A DNA stretch of 64,000 nucleotides from Lytechinus pictus (taxonomy: Eukaryota). Below the pieces are notes generated by a model. That model ran no database searches. It had not been told where the DNA came from and worked only from the letters and a program-made list of their open reading frames with translations. Location: positions 2,234,001 through 2,298,000 of the forward strand of contig NC_087246.1 in the NCBI RefSeq assembly GCF_037042905.1. Direction: 5' to 3'. How positions within the stretch are numbered: position 1 is the stretch's first letter; each line of letters opens with the position of its first letter. Of this stretch, positions 25,574-39,610 are shown piece after piece. The translations under genes were made by a program, and so were the position numbers.

Positions 25574-27789
25574 TGACTGGTTCCAATTTTTTCTGACTTA
25601 TGATTTTCATTACAGATCGAGCGTGCGATCTTAAACTTATCGAAGTAATGCCGAAAATGTGTTCACAAATTCAAAAAATGGAGCATACAGTTTTAAGGAA
25701 ATTTATCCTGGTTCAATTATTTTATATATTTTGTACATGTTATGCAGTAATGAGGGTCCTCTTTTTAAACATAATAGGAAAGTATGAAGAAAGTTAAACT
25801 TTATGCAAACTTTTAACATTGGGAAGACGTGCGTGTGTGTGTGTGTATTGTGGGTATGTGTAAGGGTGAGTGGTATGATGTGAGGATGGATGTTTGTGGC
25901 TGATTTTTAAGTTAATTTGAGATAATTTAGCTTGTTAATGTCAATGTGTTTAAATTGTCTTGAACTTATTGTCAGCATGTATTGTTTGTAACTGTTATTT
26001 TATGAAAACCAATAAAAACGGGGAAAAAAGATACAGGACGTGTTCTTATCAACATAATATTCGTTTTATAGGTCCGAAAAAGTGAAACAATTTACCTACA
26101 GACATCAGAAATGCACTGGTCAACTTTCAATAACTTTAAGACAAAACTTAAAAAAAAAAACACTTACGTCTGGTACCTGGATTTTGTGATTCACTTTATG
26201 TATTTTATATAAAGTTGCCCTGTTTTTGTGTGTTTGTTTTTCTTTTTCCCCTTTTGTTTTTCCCTGAATTGTTTTGTAATGTATTCTGTTAAGATAATTT
26301 TCTTTTTCATGTATTTGTTGTCTATGTCACTTCGTCAGTTCGACTTCGTCAGGACGAGAAGACAAGAAGCAAGATACAGATGTTTAACATGTATCATCCA
26401 CTGCCATACGAACAAAAATATGCAAAGATGACATAAAAGAAATATCAAAATATAACACAACAGTGGTTACAATAATGATGATAAAAGCGATAAATTTGTA
26501 TAGCGCATAATAAGCTAATAGAATCTCTATGCGCTTTACAATCATAAGAAATCATTTCCATGCTGGCTCAATATAAAAAAAACTTAATATATAAATAATA
26601 AAATAATCAAATACTAATACTTAATATCAAAATAATAAACAACTTGAATAGAAAAAAGAGGAAAATTAGATTGTACAGGAAAATAATACATTAGTTATAA
26701 TTATTGTATCTCTAAAGAAAATGAATCTAGATTAAAAAAATAATCAATGATGCAAAATAATAGGCCTACACTTATAATTAATACAAATGATACAGAGAAT
26801 GATAATAATATGAAGAATTGCGATAACGAGATTTAATTCCGAAATGGTGGCCCTACATCTCACACATTCATGACATTTTTGCAAGCCATCACTAAAGTTA
26901 CTCAATCCTTTTATTAAAAGCTTGGTAAAAGAGATTTATGGAAGCTATAGATCTCGAGTCACAAGGATTTTTTTAGAGGAGATGGGGGGGGGGTGTGAAA
27001 AGCAGGGATAGGGTTTAAGGGGAGGGGTTTTGCTTGCTAATTTCTTGTCGTGGGGGAGGAAGCATTGGCCGTTATTTTTTTTTTTTCGTCGATGGGGGCA
27101 CTGCTCTCGAATCCAAGTTTGAAGTACTGGAAAGAGGGGGCTACATTTGTTGTTGACATGTGGGGATAGACTCCTGGTAGGTTTGGGAGTGTATTGGATG
27201 CTACATTCTTTAAGACATGGGGAGTGCTCTACTATCAAATCTTAAAAATCGACTGGATATTAGCGGAGGGGTTCAATTTATGTTATGAAAATTTTGGCAC
27301 TATATTCTAGATTCATCGGGGGATGGTCTATTGGGCCCTTATTAGACTGGGATAGGGTTGTGTGGATGTGGGAACTAATTTGTATAAAACCATGGGGCGG
27401 TGCTCTTCACTCTAATCGTTAATTACCAAGCGCGGGGGGTGGTTGTTTGTTGAGCCATATATGCCTATTGACGGTGCTCTGGCCGTGCTCAAGTCTCAGA
27501 TTATCTCGTGAAGCTAAGGGAGGTGGCATTTTTGTTTTGTTGAAAATTTGGGGATAAGGTGTTATGGCATGTATGTGAGGGGCCTAATTTTATAATTAAA
27601 GGCATTGGGAGGTGCAAACTTTGATGCTGATTGCCAGCGGGCGGATAGGCTTGGATATTTCTCAAAGATAGGGGCTATACAATTTTTTTTTATATCTAAT
27701 GAAAGGATGGGGTGGTTGTGCACTATATATTTTATTTTTTGAAAGGCCGGGATTTTTTGTTGGGAGGGGCGGGGGGGGGTCCAATTGAT

Positions 27790-27980
27790 GTTCCACCTAG
27801 GGGGCGCCAAATTTATGTTCGACATAGGGGCGCCAATTTGATGTTTGTTCTGGGGCGCCAAATTCATGTTCAACCTATATGGAGGGGCCGCTAAATTTAT
27901 ATTCGACCTTTGGGGCTCCAATTTAATGTTTGACCGGGGCGCCAAAGTCATGTTTTTCAAGGGGGCGCCAATTTCATGTT
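27790..27980. repeat. Degenerate ~24-30-bp minisatellite
   Basis: Repeated GGGGCGCCAAATTT/CATGTT core, ~7 copies. Confidence 0.7.
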
Positions 27981-28576
27981 TGCTGGCATCAAATGATTAT
28001 AGCTAGATGTCCATTCTGTTCATGATTACCAAAAGTGCTTAAAAGGTCCCCATTTTAGGTCAGAATTATAAAATATCAAAAGTTTTCATCTCACTCTTCG
28101 CGCTCGCATCAATTGTTAAGTAAGGTGACGATCCTGTTCATAGTTACATAAAGTGCTTAGAATGTCCAACTTTGGGTCGGAATATCGAAAATTTTAAGCT
28201 CGCGCTACGCGCTCGCATAATACGATTCGTTAGATACCAATCCTGTTGAGATTACCTACAGTACTTAGAAACATGATCTAGACTAGAGTTTCAATTTGTT
28301 TACAATGGTTACAAGGCAGCCATGTCTGCCGTGCTATCTCAGACTAATGTTCAATATATGATGGCTCTAAGTAAATAACAATTCAATGACTCAAATCATA
28401 CACTTTGGTTTTATAAAACTTCTTTTCATATATCATTATTCATGCATGCATATGAAATTGATAAGCATCTACAAAACCATACATTTCTGCGATATCGTTA
28501 TTCGTATCAACCAGTAAAGATATAATAAATACTACCTCACCTTAAATTTACATTTCCATATCCATCTTGTCTCATT

Positions 28577-28753
28577 TGGGGCCTGTTTTTAAAGGACTTA
28601 CACGTAACTTTGCCACAATGGCAACTACCATGGTAAAAGGGCTCAGCAGCCAGTCATAATCAAGGTTTCCATGGTATTTCCATAATCATGATAATGGCAA
28701 AGTTACAACCCGGGGTTACAACAGTTGCAAGTCCTTTATGAAACGGGCCCCTG
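28577..28753. mobile_element. MITE (GGGGCCCGTTTCAT-type termini)
   Basis: TGGGGCCTGTTTTTAAAGGACTT ... AAGTCCTTTATGAAACGGGCCCCTG; internal inverted GTAACTTTGCCA / TGGCAAAGTTAC; related copy at 38029-38203. Confidence 0.7.
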
Positions 28754-29281
28754 ATGATGATCTCTGGAGTAAGATTGCTTAAAGTTGGTTATCATCAATT
28801 TTACTGCTTCTCTAATTGTATTCCTAGTAACCAAAATAAAGGAATTTCCTCACTTTTTACATTCTAATGATATATAGTCATCAATTCATGTCATGTTATC
28901 AAAAATATGCAACGTAGGAGGGCCTATATAGGAGGGATGATGCTATCTAGATAGCTCGCGCCCGCTAAATAATTAACGAGATTGCGCACAGATTTGACGC
29001 TCTAGTTACCTTAAAATCTCCTTGGATATGAAAATTCAATTGCAGTTTTTAAAAAGGTGTATGGGCAGGAGAAAGAACATTTTAAGGGGAAGAAAACACA
29101 TCTTAAGCGGGAGAGACAGAGCCTGGGCGTGAGATATTAAATCTCAAGCGGGAGAACGGGAAATTTTGGGAAAATGGGATTTCGGCGGGAGATCTCCCGC
29201 CGAAAGCGGGAGAGTTGGAGTCTCTGCCTATGACATTGCAGTCAGTTTGCCTCAATTGGCCGATTTATCTCATTATTGAAG

Positions 29282-30580
29282 ACAAGGCAAACGCCAAGCG
29301 TTGTCTCGCCTGCATATTGCAGTCATGAAGAGACTGCATGTCAAATCTGAAGTAAAGGGTAACATTTAAGAAACTTTGACAGCTTTTCTATTGTACCATT
29401 GACAAATGTGTGTGAATATTATAAATGGTGCCAAGAACTATAGCTCATTAAATAAATAACAGTTTTTAAAGAATAAACCTCTTGTATGAATTTGGCAATC
29501 CTACCTCGAAGATATAAAAAGTTATTATGTGTACAACACAGCACAGTGCCAGTCATGGAAAGTTCATTGACCTTTGACCTTATTCACATTCGACTAATAT
29601 TCGAACTTGACCTGTGCCTTCAGGAGATGGACCTCTGGTATGAATTTGGCGATCCCAACTCGAAGCTATAGAAAGTTATTGTGTGTACAACACAGCACAG
29701 TGCCAGTCATGGAAAGTTCATTGACCTTTGACCTTATTCACATTCGACTAATATTCGAACTTGACCTGTGCCTTCAGGAGGTGGACCTCTGGTATGAATT
29801 TGGCGATCCCAACTCGAAGCTATATAGAAAGTTATTATGTGTACAACATAGCACAGTGCCAGTCATGGAAAGTTCATTGACCTTTGACCTTATTCACATT
29901 CGACTAATATTCGAACTTGACCTGTGCCTTCAGGAGATGGACCTCTGGTATGAATTTGGTGATCCCACCTCGAAGATATAGAAAGTTATTATGTGTACAA
30001 CATAGCACAGTGCCAGTCATGGAAAGTTCATTGACCTTTGACCTTATTCACATTCGACTAATATTCGAACTTGACCTGTGCCTTCAGGAGATGGACCTCT
30101 GGTATGAATTTGGCGATCCCAACTCGAAGCTATATAGAAAGTTATTATGTGTACAACATAGCACAGCGCCAGTCATGGAAAGTTTATTGACCTATGACCT
30201 TATTCACATTCGACTAATATTCGAACTTGACCTGTGCCTTCAGGAGATGGACCTCTGGTATGAATTTGGCGATCCCAACTCGAAGCTATAGAAAGTTATT
30301 GTGTGTACAACACAGCACAGTGCCAGTCATGGAAAGTTCATTGACCTTTGACCTTGTTCACATTTCGACTCATATTCGAACCTGACCTGTGCCTTCAGCC
30401 TAGAGATGGACCTCTGGCTCTGGTATGAATTTGGTGATCCCACCACGAAGCTATATAATTGTTATTGGGTGTACAACACAATTGTTGACGACGACGACGC
30501 CGACGCCGGAAATAGTGATACCTATGATACTGTCCTATGGCTATGCTATGTCTCGCTCCGCTACGCAGGCGAGACAAAAA
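29282..30580 (-). mobile_element. Helentron-associated (HINE / pearl / Tsp-like) non-autonomous element with internal tandem repeats
   Basis: ACAAG end + hairpin AACGC-caa-GCGTT + subterminal repeat TTGTCTCGCCTGC (29301-29313); internal 154-156-bp repeats; GAC microsatellite (~30487-30508); terminal hairpin containing GCAGGCGAGACAA (30565-30577). Confidence 0.8.
29484..30480. repeat. ~155-bp tandem repeat, 6 full copies plus a partial
   Basis: GTATGAATTTGG recurs at 29484, 29638, 29792, 29948, 30102, 30258, 30423 (periods 154,154,156,154,156,165). Confidence 0.95.
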
Positions 30581-31958
30581 CCAGGAAAATGAGAAGAATG
30601 GCCGTTTAGCCTTGGGCTTGGCTTTGGAAGTGCACAGTGCGGCTCGATCAACGTCCGTCCTGCAGATCCAACTTTAGGCCTAGATCTAAGTTAGATTTAA
30701 CGTTAGGCCCTAGTCGGAGTAAATGGGGGGGGGGGGGGGGCTCAGTGCAGGAGTCTGAGAAAAAGAATTAGAGGCGAGGGTGATGCTTCATACTCTTGCA
30801 ATGAATTATTAATTTACAATTTGCAATGATTTGCAATGCAAACTTGTTCAAGAATGATTTTCCGGAGTGATTTTTTAATTTTGTCCCGAGAAACTAGTAC
30901 CTATACCCAGTTGTTGTGTGTCCGGACAGGTTGTGTGTCCGGACGATCAGTTTTAGAAAGTCATTTGGAAAAATTTACAAGCAAAGTTTCATAAAATGTT
31001 TGGTACGAAATGTTAGGTAATATTATAGAGAACAAAACAGAAGATGATTACAACTATTGAATTTGTATTTTTAGTGTAATCCAAAGACAAAAAAGAAGGC
31101 TTCAAAAATATAAAGTGTCCGGACACCCGACCCCCCATCCTAACAGTTAGAATAGGTCTAGATCGAGTCTGGCCCTTACTGCGGCAGCCCGAACAAGTGA
31201 CACAGTACTGTCTGAAGACCATGCTGAAGTGAAGACGTGTCGAGGTCCCCGCCCCCGGGGCAAGTCTGGCCCTGGGCCTAACTTAGGACCTTAGGTCGGA
31301 GGACTAGTACTAGTAGTAACATTCAATAGCCAGGTCTAAAGTTTAACTCCAAACGGTCATTCATGCCCCAGGCCATGGACATTAATTATTTGCCAAACGA
31401 TATGACATTGCAATCAGTTTGCCTCAATTGGCCGATTTTACTCATTATTGAAGAAAACGGCCGTTTAGCCTCTTAAAGTGCACAGTAGAATCTTAGTTAG
31501 ATCTAGGCCTATTATTTAAACGACTAGAAATAGAATATACGATACGTCTAACTCTAACGTTAAGTCGTTAGTGCGGCTCGATCAACGATGCCGGTTAACC
31601 GCGCAGACCTAACGCACGTTAATAATAGTAGGCCCTATACCGGTACCGTATCGTACTGATGCAGAACGATTTTGTTTTTTCGCCGTCCAGACCATGCAGA
31701 TGGTCACGGAGTTGCAATTATTTCGACCCAGATTTCGGGGATCAACGCGTTTATTTAAGATTTTTAGACTTAAAAGTCAAATGAAATTTATAATTTGAAA
31801 TCTAACCTTGAACAATCATCGTTGTTAAACATCAGTCCTGACCCCTGACGCAATTCCAATTCAAATCGGGCAGCGCAGGCAAATTAGATGTCATCAAATC
31901 GGAGTAAGATCTAACCAACGAACGTAGAGGGCAGCAACACTTTGCAGTATTGCTTTTA

Positions 31959-33476
31959 GGAAGGTCCACTCCGCTCAGATTTTGTGACCATTTTCTCCCA
32001 GAGCACTTTTTTGGAAGATTGTAGAGTTGATTTTTTTTCGTTTGTTCAATTTTACTATTTTTTATTGATAATAAAATCTCCAAGAAATTATGTTAAATAA
32101 TATTATTTTAGCATATTTGTATTTTTTTTAAATTGTAAGACAAAAGGTAATCATGATTCTTGTAGTTTACAAAGCAATAAAAATACAAAGACTGATGACA
32201 TTTGTGTTACCGTTCCTCTGCTTCATTTCGCTGCCCCTACCAAATCTACACAAGCTAACGTCAGAGCCAAGACCGTGATGTACCGGTCTGGCCGCGCCGA
32301 AACTTCCCCGGTCACCTGTACCTCGATGCGCGTACTGCGCTGTGTGAATGATAATGCTCACTGCACAGCTGGCATAATAATCTCGACGCGACTCGACTTA
32401 GCTAGATATGGACTTGAAAGATATAGACTTGGTCTGTCATTGATGTGGCACTATGGCGGATGAGTAACGATAAATATTCAAGGTTAGAATTTTAATTTTC
32501 ACTTACAGTGCAGATTGTAGTCTGAAAATCTAAAATAATTATGCTATATCCACAAATCCAACCCACATTTTGCAATCCATCAGGCAGGATCGAATACGAC
32601 CACTAAACAGCAAAGCCAAGTCCCAGTCTAACGTTAGACATAATATTAGACAGAAATTATCTGGTTCAGTATCGAGCTATGTATATTCCGACGGGTCTTG
32701 AATTGAGACGAACTATCAAGGGGCGAAGGTCTATGTCACATCTACTATTTTAATTCTATAATTTTACAAAAATTTGTGTTAGCATATGCATGCAGCCCAC
32801 CGTACCCTACCTCAGCACCGACCGGCCCGGGGCGCCGGCGAGGTCATGCCAGCCATGGCGCTTGTATACTCAAGAGGCGGTGCTGGATTGTGTAGGCGCA
32901 TTATGGTGCAGCGAAATTTAGATGAAGACGTATCAACCTCACGTATACTTGTTATCATATTGATATGCAAAGTCATAAAACTGTTGTCACCACCATGTAA
33001 TATTTTATGAAAAATACAGGAACAAGTATTTCATATTTTTAAGCATGATATTTGATGTAAAAACATTTCAAGCAAAAATAATGATAAAGAGGAAATGAAA
33101 ATAAATCAACTCTACAATCTACTAAAAAAGTGCTCTGAGAGGTTTTCGGTGGTCACAAAATGACTTGGCTAAATCCGGGTGAAATTAGCAGACTGGTTTA
33201 TTTATGACAGAATTTAATCCTGTTTTACTGAAGATGTACAGAAAAATTGTGACAATAATTAAGTGATATATTATTTTAAGAATGTGGTACATTATTATTC
33301 AATTTTTTATGTATTTTTTGTTTTCATTGTTTTAATCTACTATTGTCATAATCTATTAGTTTACCTCTATTTTGCTGTCACTCCGTGAGTGTATTGTATC
33401 TGATCATGGTTTCGTTGGCATGACTACCAAATTGTTCGCGCACTTCATTTGTATGCGCGTATCGAGTGGACCTTCC
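31959..33476. mobile_element. Non-autonomous TIR element flanked by TA
   Basis: 13-bp TIR GGAAGGTCCACTC / GAGTGGACCTTCC with TA on both sides; additional ~60-bp imperfect inverted repeat 31980-32036 vs ~33100-33161. Confidence 0.65.
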
Positions 33477-35348
33477 TAATAGCAACACGCTTGTGTGTTG
33501 CTGCCAAAGACCTTATAATATATTACTAGACCGAAAGCTGCGTGCGCGTTCAGCACAAAACAAATGAGATTAGGCTCCGCCTACCGCGATCATTTGAAGA
33601 CAAAAATAAGCCCTCATTGACATTCATGAGCATGAAGATATTCATAATCCGGCCTTTTCATTGGCTAAGAGCGTCATTAATACGCGATTTCCCCGATTCT
33701 TTGTCATCGATACTAGTGGTATCGTGTTACAGAATTAATTATTCATTTGACCTCATTACGTCATCTAATTTATTCATTATGAAACTTTTCTTTCCACACA
33801 AAAATGGACCTACGAACACTCCGGTGAGTACGTATTAATTGATATAACCACATGAATTCAGTGGACTATTTACACATTTCACACTGTATTTTGTGATCTT
33901 AGGTTATTTCTTTAACTAATTAGAGAGTTTGCTATCATTCTTCTGTTAAAGAAAAGCAGAATTTGGTCTTTGAAATTGAAGTTAGATTGTCATCGTCGCC
34001 CGGCCCAGTGCAGCCTGTATGTTGCTTTTCAGTGGTTATGCCGCTGTGTCAACCACATGTATTTTGTACGGGCTCCTAGCCGGCTGGGCATCGAGAGAAA
34101 ATCGGGCCGGGAGCCCACGATTCGTCGATTGATTAAAACAAGAAGAATGAAGCTTCTTTTTGTACACTGTATAACGTTAGATCTAGAGGGAGATCTGCAT
34201 CTATCTTCAGTAGATCGAGACTCAGTCAGGAATACTGTGAAGCGGAGTGTGGAAGAAGATATGCCTGTCATCATTGACATTGTGTCAATCCTCACTAGAT
34301 TCTCGTCAGTTTCAGATATCAAATTTATTTTGCATAACTTCAGGCTTCTAGCTTCTGCATTTAGCCCCCACCCATTTTAATTTTTATTGTTATTTATATA
34401 GTTAGACTCGGTATTAGAAATAACATGCTGCTCTGCATGTTTGTCTTACTCTTATTATCAATAGATCAAGATCTAATTTCTAACATGGTTAACAGAGCCT
34501 AGTCTTGCTTCTTAAGTTTACTTTATCAGTTTATGTTACTTTTCTTTTATCCATCGATACTTGTACGTAGATCTGGGCCTACCTAATTCAAATCTAGTCA
34601 TCTAAGTTCTAACTTATACTTTCCCAACCCTCGACACGTACCCCCAGGGCTTAGGATCTAGGTCTTTAATTTTAGGCCTAGATGTAGGTCTGGGCCTTAC
34701 TGCGGCAGCCCGAACACGTACGTCGTGTCGAGGTCCCCGGGGCAAGTCTGGGCCTAAACGACTACATTTACATGTATGAAGTATGACTGTCGGTGGACCA
34801 AGGACTAGATCTAGAGATGATAGATCTACTCTCGGTCAATAATGGCAATGAAGGTTTAGCCAGGAATAAAAGTCAGACATCAAAAATTTCTAAATCGATA
34901 TACATCTAAGTAAAGTCACCGAAGGGTTAGCTTTACATTTTAGGTCTAGATAGATCGAGATTCTATCGATAGTCTAGATCTAGACCTTATGTAGATACAT
35001 GAATGCTGTCACGCAGCACTGATTCTGGTTGGACTAGATCTAGGCCTATAGTATACTTTCTTACAAATAGATCTAGACCTAGTGCATGAGATTATGAAAC
35101 TATGTTGTTAAAATCAAATGAATTAAGATTCGGAATAAAAGGATGCACATTTTTTTTTTGGGGGGGGGGGGCAGACATGTGAAAAAAAATTAGAGAAACC
35201 TGAAATTCAGAAAGTGAGGGCCCGAAGCGACCAATATTGCCTAGGGCTGTTTTTTGCATTTTCTAAAGTAAAATTGAAGGATTTCATGCAATTCTTTTTT
35301 TTTATGAAGGTTTTCACATTTCAGCTCCCACCCAAACCCCTCCCCCTA

Positions 35349-35651
35349 CACTGTTACTGTTAGAAAATTTATTCTTAAAATAAAAGAAGTTCCTGCAGCA
35401 GAGTCTCGAGAACACCTGTAATTTTACCAGATTGCATAATCTTACATTATATCATGTAAAATTACAGGAAATTGGTATTTGGTGTATGGAACCTTACAAC
35501 TTTCCTTAAATAAAACACCATTTTCCTCTTTTTAAACAGACCTGTTCTGTAGAAAACTTCCTGTTTTATGAATTTACAGAATGATTCTGTTATGGCTTTC
35601 TGCAAAATCTTGTTTTTTTTCCCTGTAAAATCAGGTTTTTTTTTAACAGTG
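35349..35651. mobile_element. MITE with CACTGTTA termini (CACTA/EnSpm-like)
   Basis: TA-CACTGTTA ... TTTTTAACAGTG-TA. Confidence 0.7.
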
Positions 35652-36060
35652 TACATACGGCCATGAAGAGATCACTTGACACTTATTGTTCTCTCTTTTC
35701 TTTCACAAACAGGTTGAGTTTGAAGAACAAGAAAAACAGTAGAGGTCTACCCGGTACCTATGATCATAAGTGCATGTATCATTTTGCAGATTCTCATCCA
35801 GGTATAAAACTTAAACTAACCCATAAAAAATTACAGATACATTACATGCATTGAAATTAATGTTAACCATGTTTACATTAAATAAAAATAACCTGAGCCA
35901 CTGCTAAGAGGTAGGATCTATACTGAATATACACTTCTTATATATACAGGCTCTCGAGTCTAAAATAGAACCAATGCCAAAAGTTATGGACCTTGGGCAA
36001 ATTTATAGAATGAGGTCATGTCCTTGATCTACTATTATTTAAATGGCCTTTTTATTTCCT

Positions 36061-36286
36061 ATTTGTTTATAAACAAAGCAATATTTATTTTTCATGTTTT
36101 ATATTTTATAAAATTCATTTTATTCATTCTTTAGTGTGATATTCATATTTCATATTTGTAGATTTACAATTTTATTTGTTTATAAACAAAGCAATATTTA
36201 TTTTTCATGTTTTATATTTTATAAAATTCATTTTATTCATTCTTTAGTGTGATATTCATATTTCATATTTGTAGATTTACAATTTT
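36061..36286. repeat. Tandem duplication of ~113 bp
   Basis: ATTTGTTTATAAACAAAGCAATATTT...GTAGATTTACAATTTT present twice back to back. Confidence 0.9.
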
Positions 36287-38028
36287 TTTAAAATCTTATT
36301 ATTTTACATTTTGTCCAATAGGATGATGCAGCTCTACAATTTCCATGGAGGTGATTGATGATGATAAACAATCGGTGAAGTAGGCCTAATAGAACAGTGA
36401 TAGGACCACAAAGAGAAATACAACCTGCAGCAGTTATATGAGTGAGTTAATAAGTGATTATTTTTTATAATGGGGGGTTTTCACAATATTTTTAGGCAAC
36501 AAATAGACCTGCCTTTGAAAAAAACATTTCAATTCTGTTTTTAGTTTATAGTTAGGTGTCGTTTTTATTCGCAGATCAAAATATTCTGTGCAACAAAACA
36601 TATCATCTTTAATTCTGACTATTATATATAATTTATATATGTTAATTCATATATTCATATTTATGGGAAATCTCTGACATTTTTTTATAGAGTACATGTA
36701 GTTATAATGGAGAGTGGTATGCAAACTGCATAGAACAGGTTTAAGTGATATGCTTTGTAGAAGTACAAGTTTATAATTAGTAGAAGTAAGATTTCCTATG
36801 TTATGTGATGAAGAAATTTATATACCGGTATGTATAGTCTTACTTTTCTTAAAACATTTATGTTTTACAAATCATGACAATTTTAATTTAAATTCATTGA
36901 TTTTCTTTCTCTATTTTTTCAATCTGCAGGACTGGTGTAACAGATGTTTTCATTCAAGAAATCCAACAAATTGAAGAGTGACTTAGCTTAGGAAGCACTT
37001 GATAAAGATGGAAAAGGTGTTTTTTTTTCAAGTCCAATTTTTTTAATTTTATTATCATCACAACCCCAAATTCATGAAGTATGAAATTTCCTGTCGATTT
37101 TCATTAAAACTGGTTGCAAAAGGAGAAGCTATAAACATACAAACATGGTGACCATAAACGGGTCCTTCTCAGGTGAAAGGGGCACAGAACAAATTATTTA
37201 GGATCACTTTTCTTGGGTAAAAGGGGGCAGTTATTCGAGAAAGGGCACTTACAAGAAGGCGAGGGGGCACTTTTTAACACTTAAAACGGGCCCTCAGATG
37301 AAAGGGCACAGAACACGTTCGGGGGCATTTTTTGGTAAAAATTTGCATACAAGGAAGAGCACTTGGTAACACCTAAAACAGGTCCTCGTCAGGTGAAAGG
37401 GACACAGTACACGTTCGTGAGGGGGCATTTTTCTTACATAAAATTAAAGGCACTTTTCAGTGCTTCAAAAAGTAGGGGGAACTGTGCCCCCCAGGATCGC
37501 TGCCCCTGCATACAAAAAACATTTTCGTTCGATTCAAAGTATTAACATACGCTTAAGAAAAAAAGTAAGGCTAAATCCTCTGATAATGTGATATTTTTTC
37601 TGGCTATTAATAAAATTCACAACTAACCAGAAAATGCCTTCATGTCTTTCATTTGTATTCATATAGTATTTGTCAAAATTTGGCAAAATTCAAATGAGAT
37701 GGAGATCGAGAGAGAGAAAGAGTGATGAGAAGGGGGTTGAAAAGAGATGAGAAAGAAATGGAGGGGCACATATGAAGAGATAATTTAGAGGGGGGGGGGG
37801 GGGGTAAGAGAGCACGAATGGTGGGAAGTAGGAACAAAGGGGTGGAAGAGAAATAAGACGAGATTTATGAAAACCAGGAGACAGATAACAAGTGGGAAAA
37901 GAAGAAGGAAATATGTGTAGGAGAAAGGCGGCACCAAAATAACGTGAGTGGGAAAATTATTAAATGTAAAAACAGAGCAAGAAATGCTGGAGAATAGAGG
38001 GGACAGGAAACGTATTAAACATGATAAA

Positions 38029-38203
38029 CTGGGGCCCGTTTCATCATGAGTTACAAGTATGGTAATTGTGATTGGTTATACCCGTTACCATCGTAGTTAA
38101 CTACGATGTTAACTGCTATAACCAATCATAATCTAGGTTACCACGGTAATCACAATAACAGAGATGTTTAAATAGCTGTAATTCATTATGAAACGGACGC
38201 CAG
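38029..38203. mobile_element. MITE (GGGGCCCGTTTCAT-type termini)
   Basis: CTGGGGCCCGTTTCAT ... ATGAAACGGACGCCAG. Confidence 0.65.
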
Positions 38204-39189
38204 ATGAAGAAAACAGGCACGGGGATCCATGAGGGGGCCGGCCCCTTACGTATTATACCTTGAACAAAAGATTTTTTTTTTGCTTCTCGAAATTTGTAAC
38301 AAGAAATGTACTCTATTAGTGGTGACAGTTATTTTTTTTCAATAACCATACTCAACCAGTGAAAATTACCATCAAATTGTAATAACCATGTTCTGCCCCC
38401 ACCCGCCCCCCCCCCCTAGAAAAAAAAAAGACTTTTGGGTCAGTGCAACAGCCCCCTTTGATCCGTTCGGCGGCCTCTGCCGACTATGTAGAGTCTAGAT
38501 TCAATTAAATTATTTTATTTTCCACTTTCAATTTCATATTTACAATTATGATACAATTGACAAAGTAACATATAATCACAATTGAAGTACATACAAAAAT
38601 TGACAACATTATAAAATTACAATAGACAATGATCAAATCGAAATATAAATGATTGAAAGGGAGGGAGGGCCAACTGAAAAGCAGAGCTTGTATAATGTAG
38701 GCCCCCCTAATATTGATTAATTAATATTGATTCTTCACATTTGTTAAAAACTAAGATTGCTGTATATCTTAACATGTGACAATTTGGGGATGGCAAAAGC
38801 ACATGAGACCTCTTTAACTAATCACGACTTGAATACTACTCTTTTCATCTTCCCTTTATAGGCCTATAAGACACAATACAAACAATATGCTTTGTTTTTA
38901 AGTGATATCGATTGTGATATCGATACTTTATTGAGCGCAATGTATCGTCTCAGATTTGCGCTTGCTTGATTCGCTGAATCCTTCGCGTCACGAGCGCGTA
39001 ACAAAATGAATACATTAATGAATTTGCCAAGTTGACCTTTGTCATTGCGCTGATGTGCGTATTGTCTAATACACGTACAAAACCACAGTCGACGAGGGAG
39101 CATCGTACGAAATTAATATTAATGAGGGCTTATTTTAGCTTCTAATGGATTAAACAAAATGGCGGTAGCTTCGGGGGCTTGGTTGCTGC

Positions 39190-39228
39190 CATAGAGATGT
39201 ATACTAACTACGCGTATACATCTCTATG
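39190..39228. mobile_element. 39-bp palindromic micro-insertion with 8-bp TSD
   Basis: CATAGAGATGTATAC-taactacgc-GTATACATCTCTATG flanked by GTTGCTGC (39182-39189, 39229-39236). Confidence 0.85.
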
Positions 39229-39575
39229 GTTGCTGCCCGCTTGTGTGTTGCTGCCCTCTACGTTCGTTGGATCTAACTTTAGATCTATGACTACGCCTAG
39301 CTACGGAGTATACCCAGTTGTTGTGTGTCCGGACAGGTTGTGTGTCCGGACGATCAATTTTAGAAAGTACGGTATACCGTATTATGGAGTCGCCTGGAGC
39401 TTCAATTCAGCAACGTCACAACGTTAAAGTGACAAGTCATCATGTTGTGGAGTGGTATAGAGGTGGATTAATGTATCCACCTCTAGCTCTATGGAGTAGA
39501 GTTCTAATCACAAAATTTACCCAAAATTCGAGCGGAGTAACCTTCCTTATATTTAGACTAGAGCAACACGGTCGT

Positions 39576-39610
39576 CAGAGTTATTAATAGAATGTCTATT
39601 GATAACTCTG
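39576..39610. mobile_element. 35-bp palindromic micro-insertion with 8-bp TSD
   Basis: CAGAGTTATTAATAG-aatgt-CTATTGATAACTCTG flanked by ACGGTCGT (39568-39575, 39611-39618). Confidence 0.8.

Noticed and set aside
29486..30291. Repeat-protein ORFs (61-124 aa)
   Set aside because: Produced by 154/156-bp DNA repeats that shift frame between units
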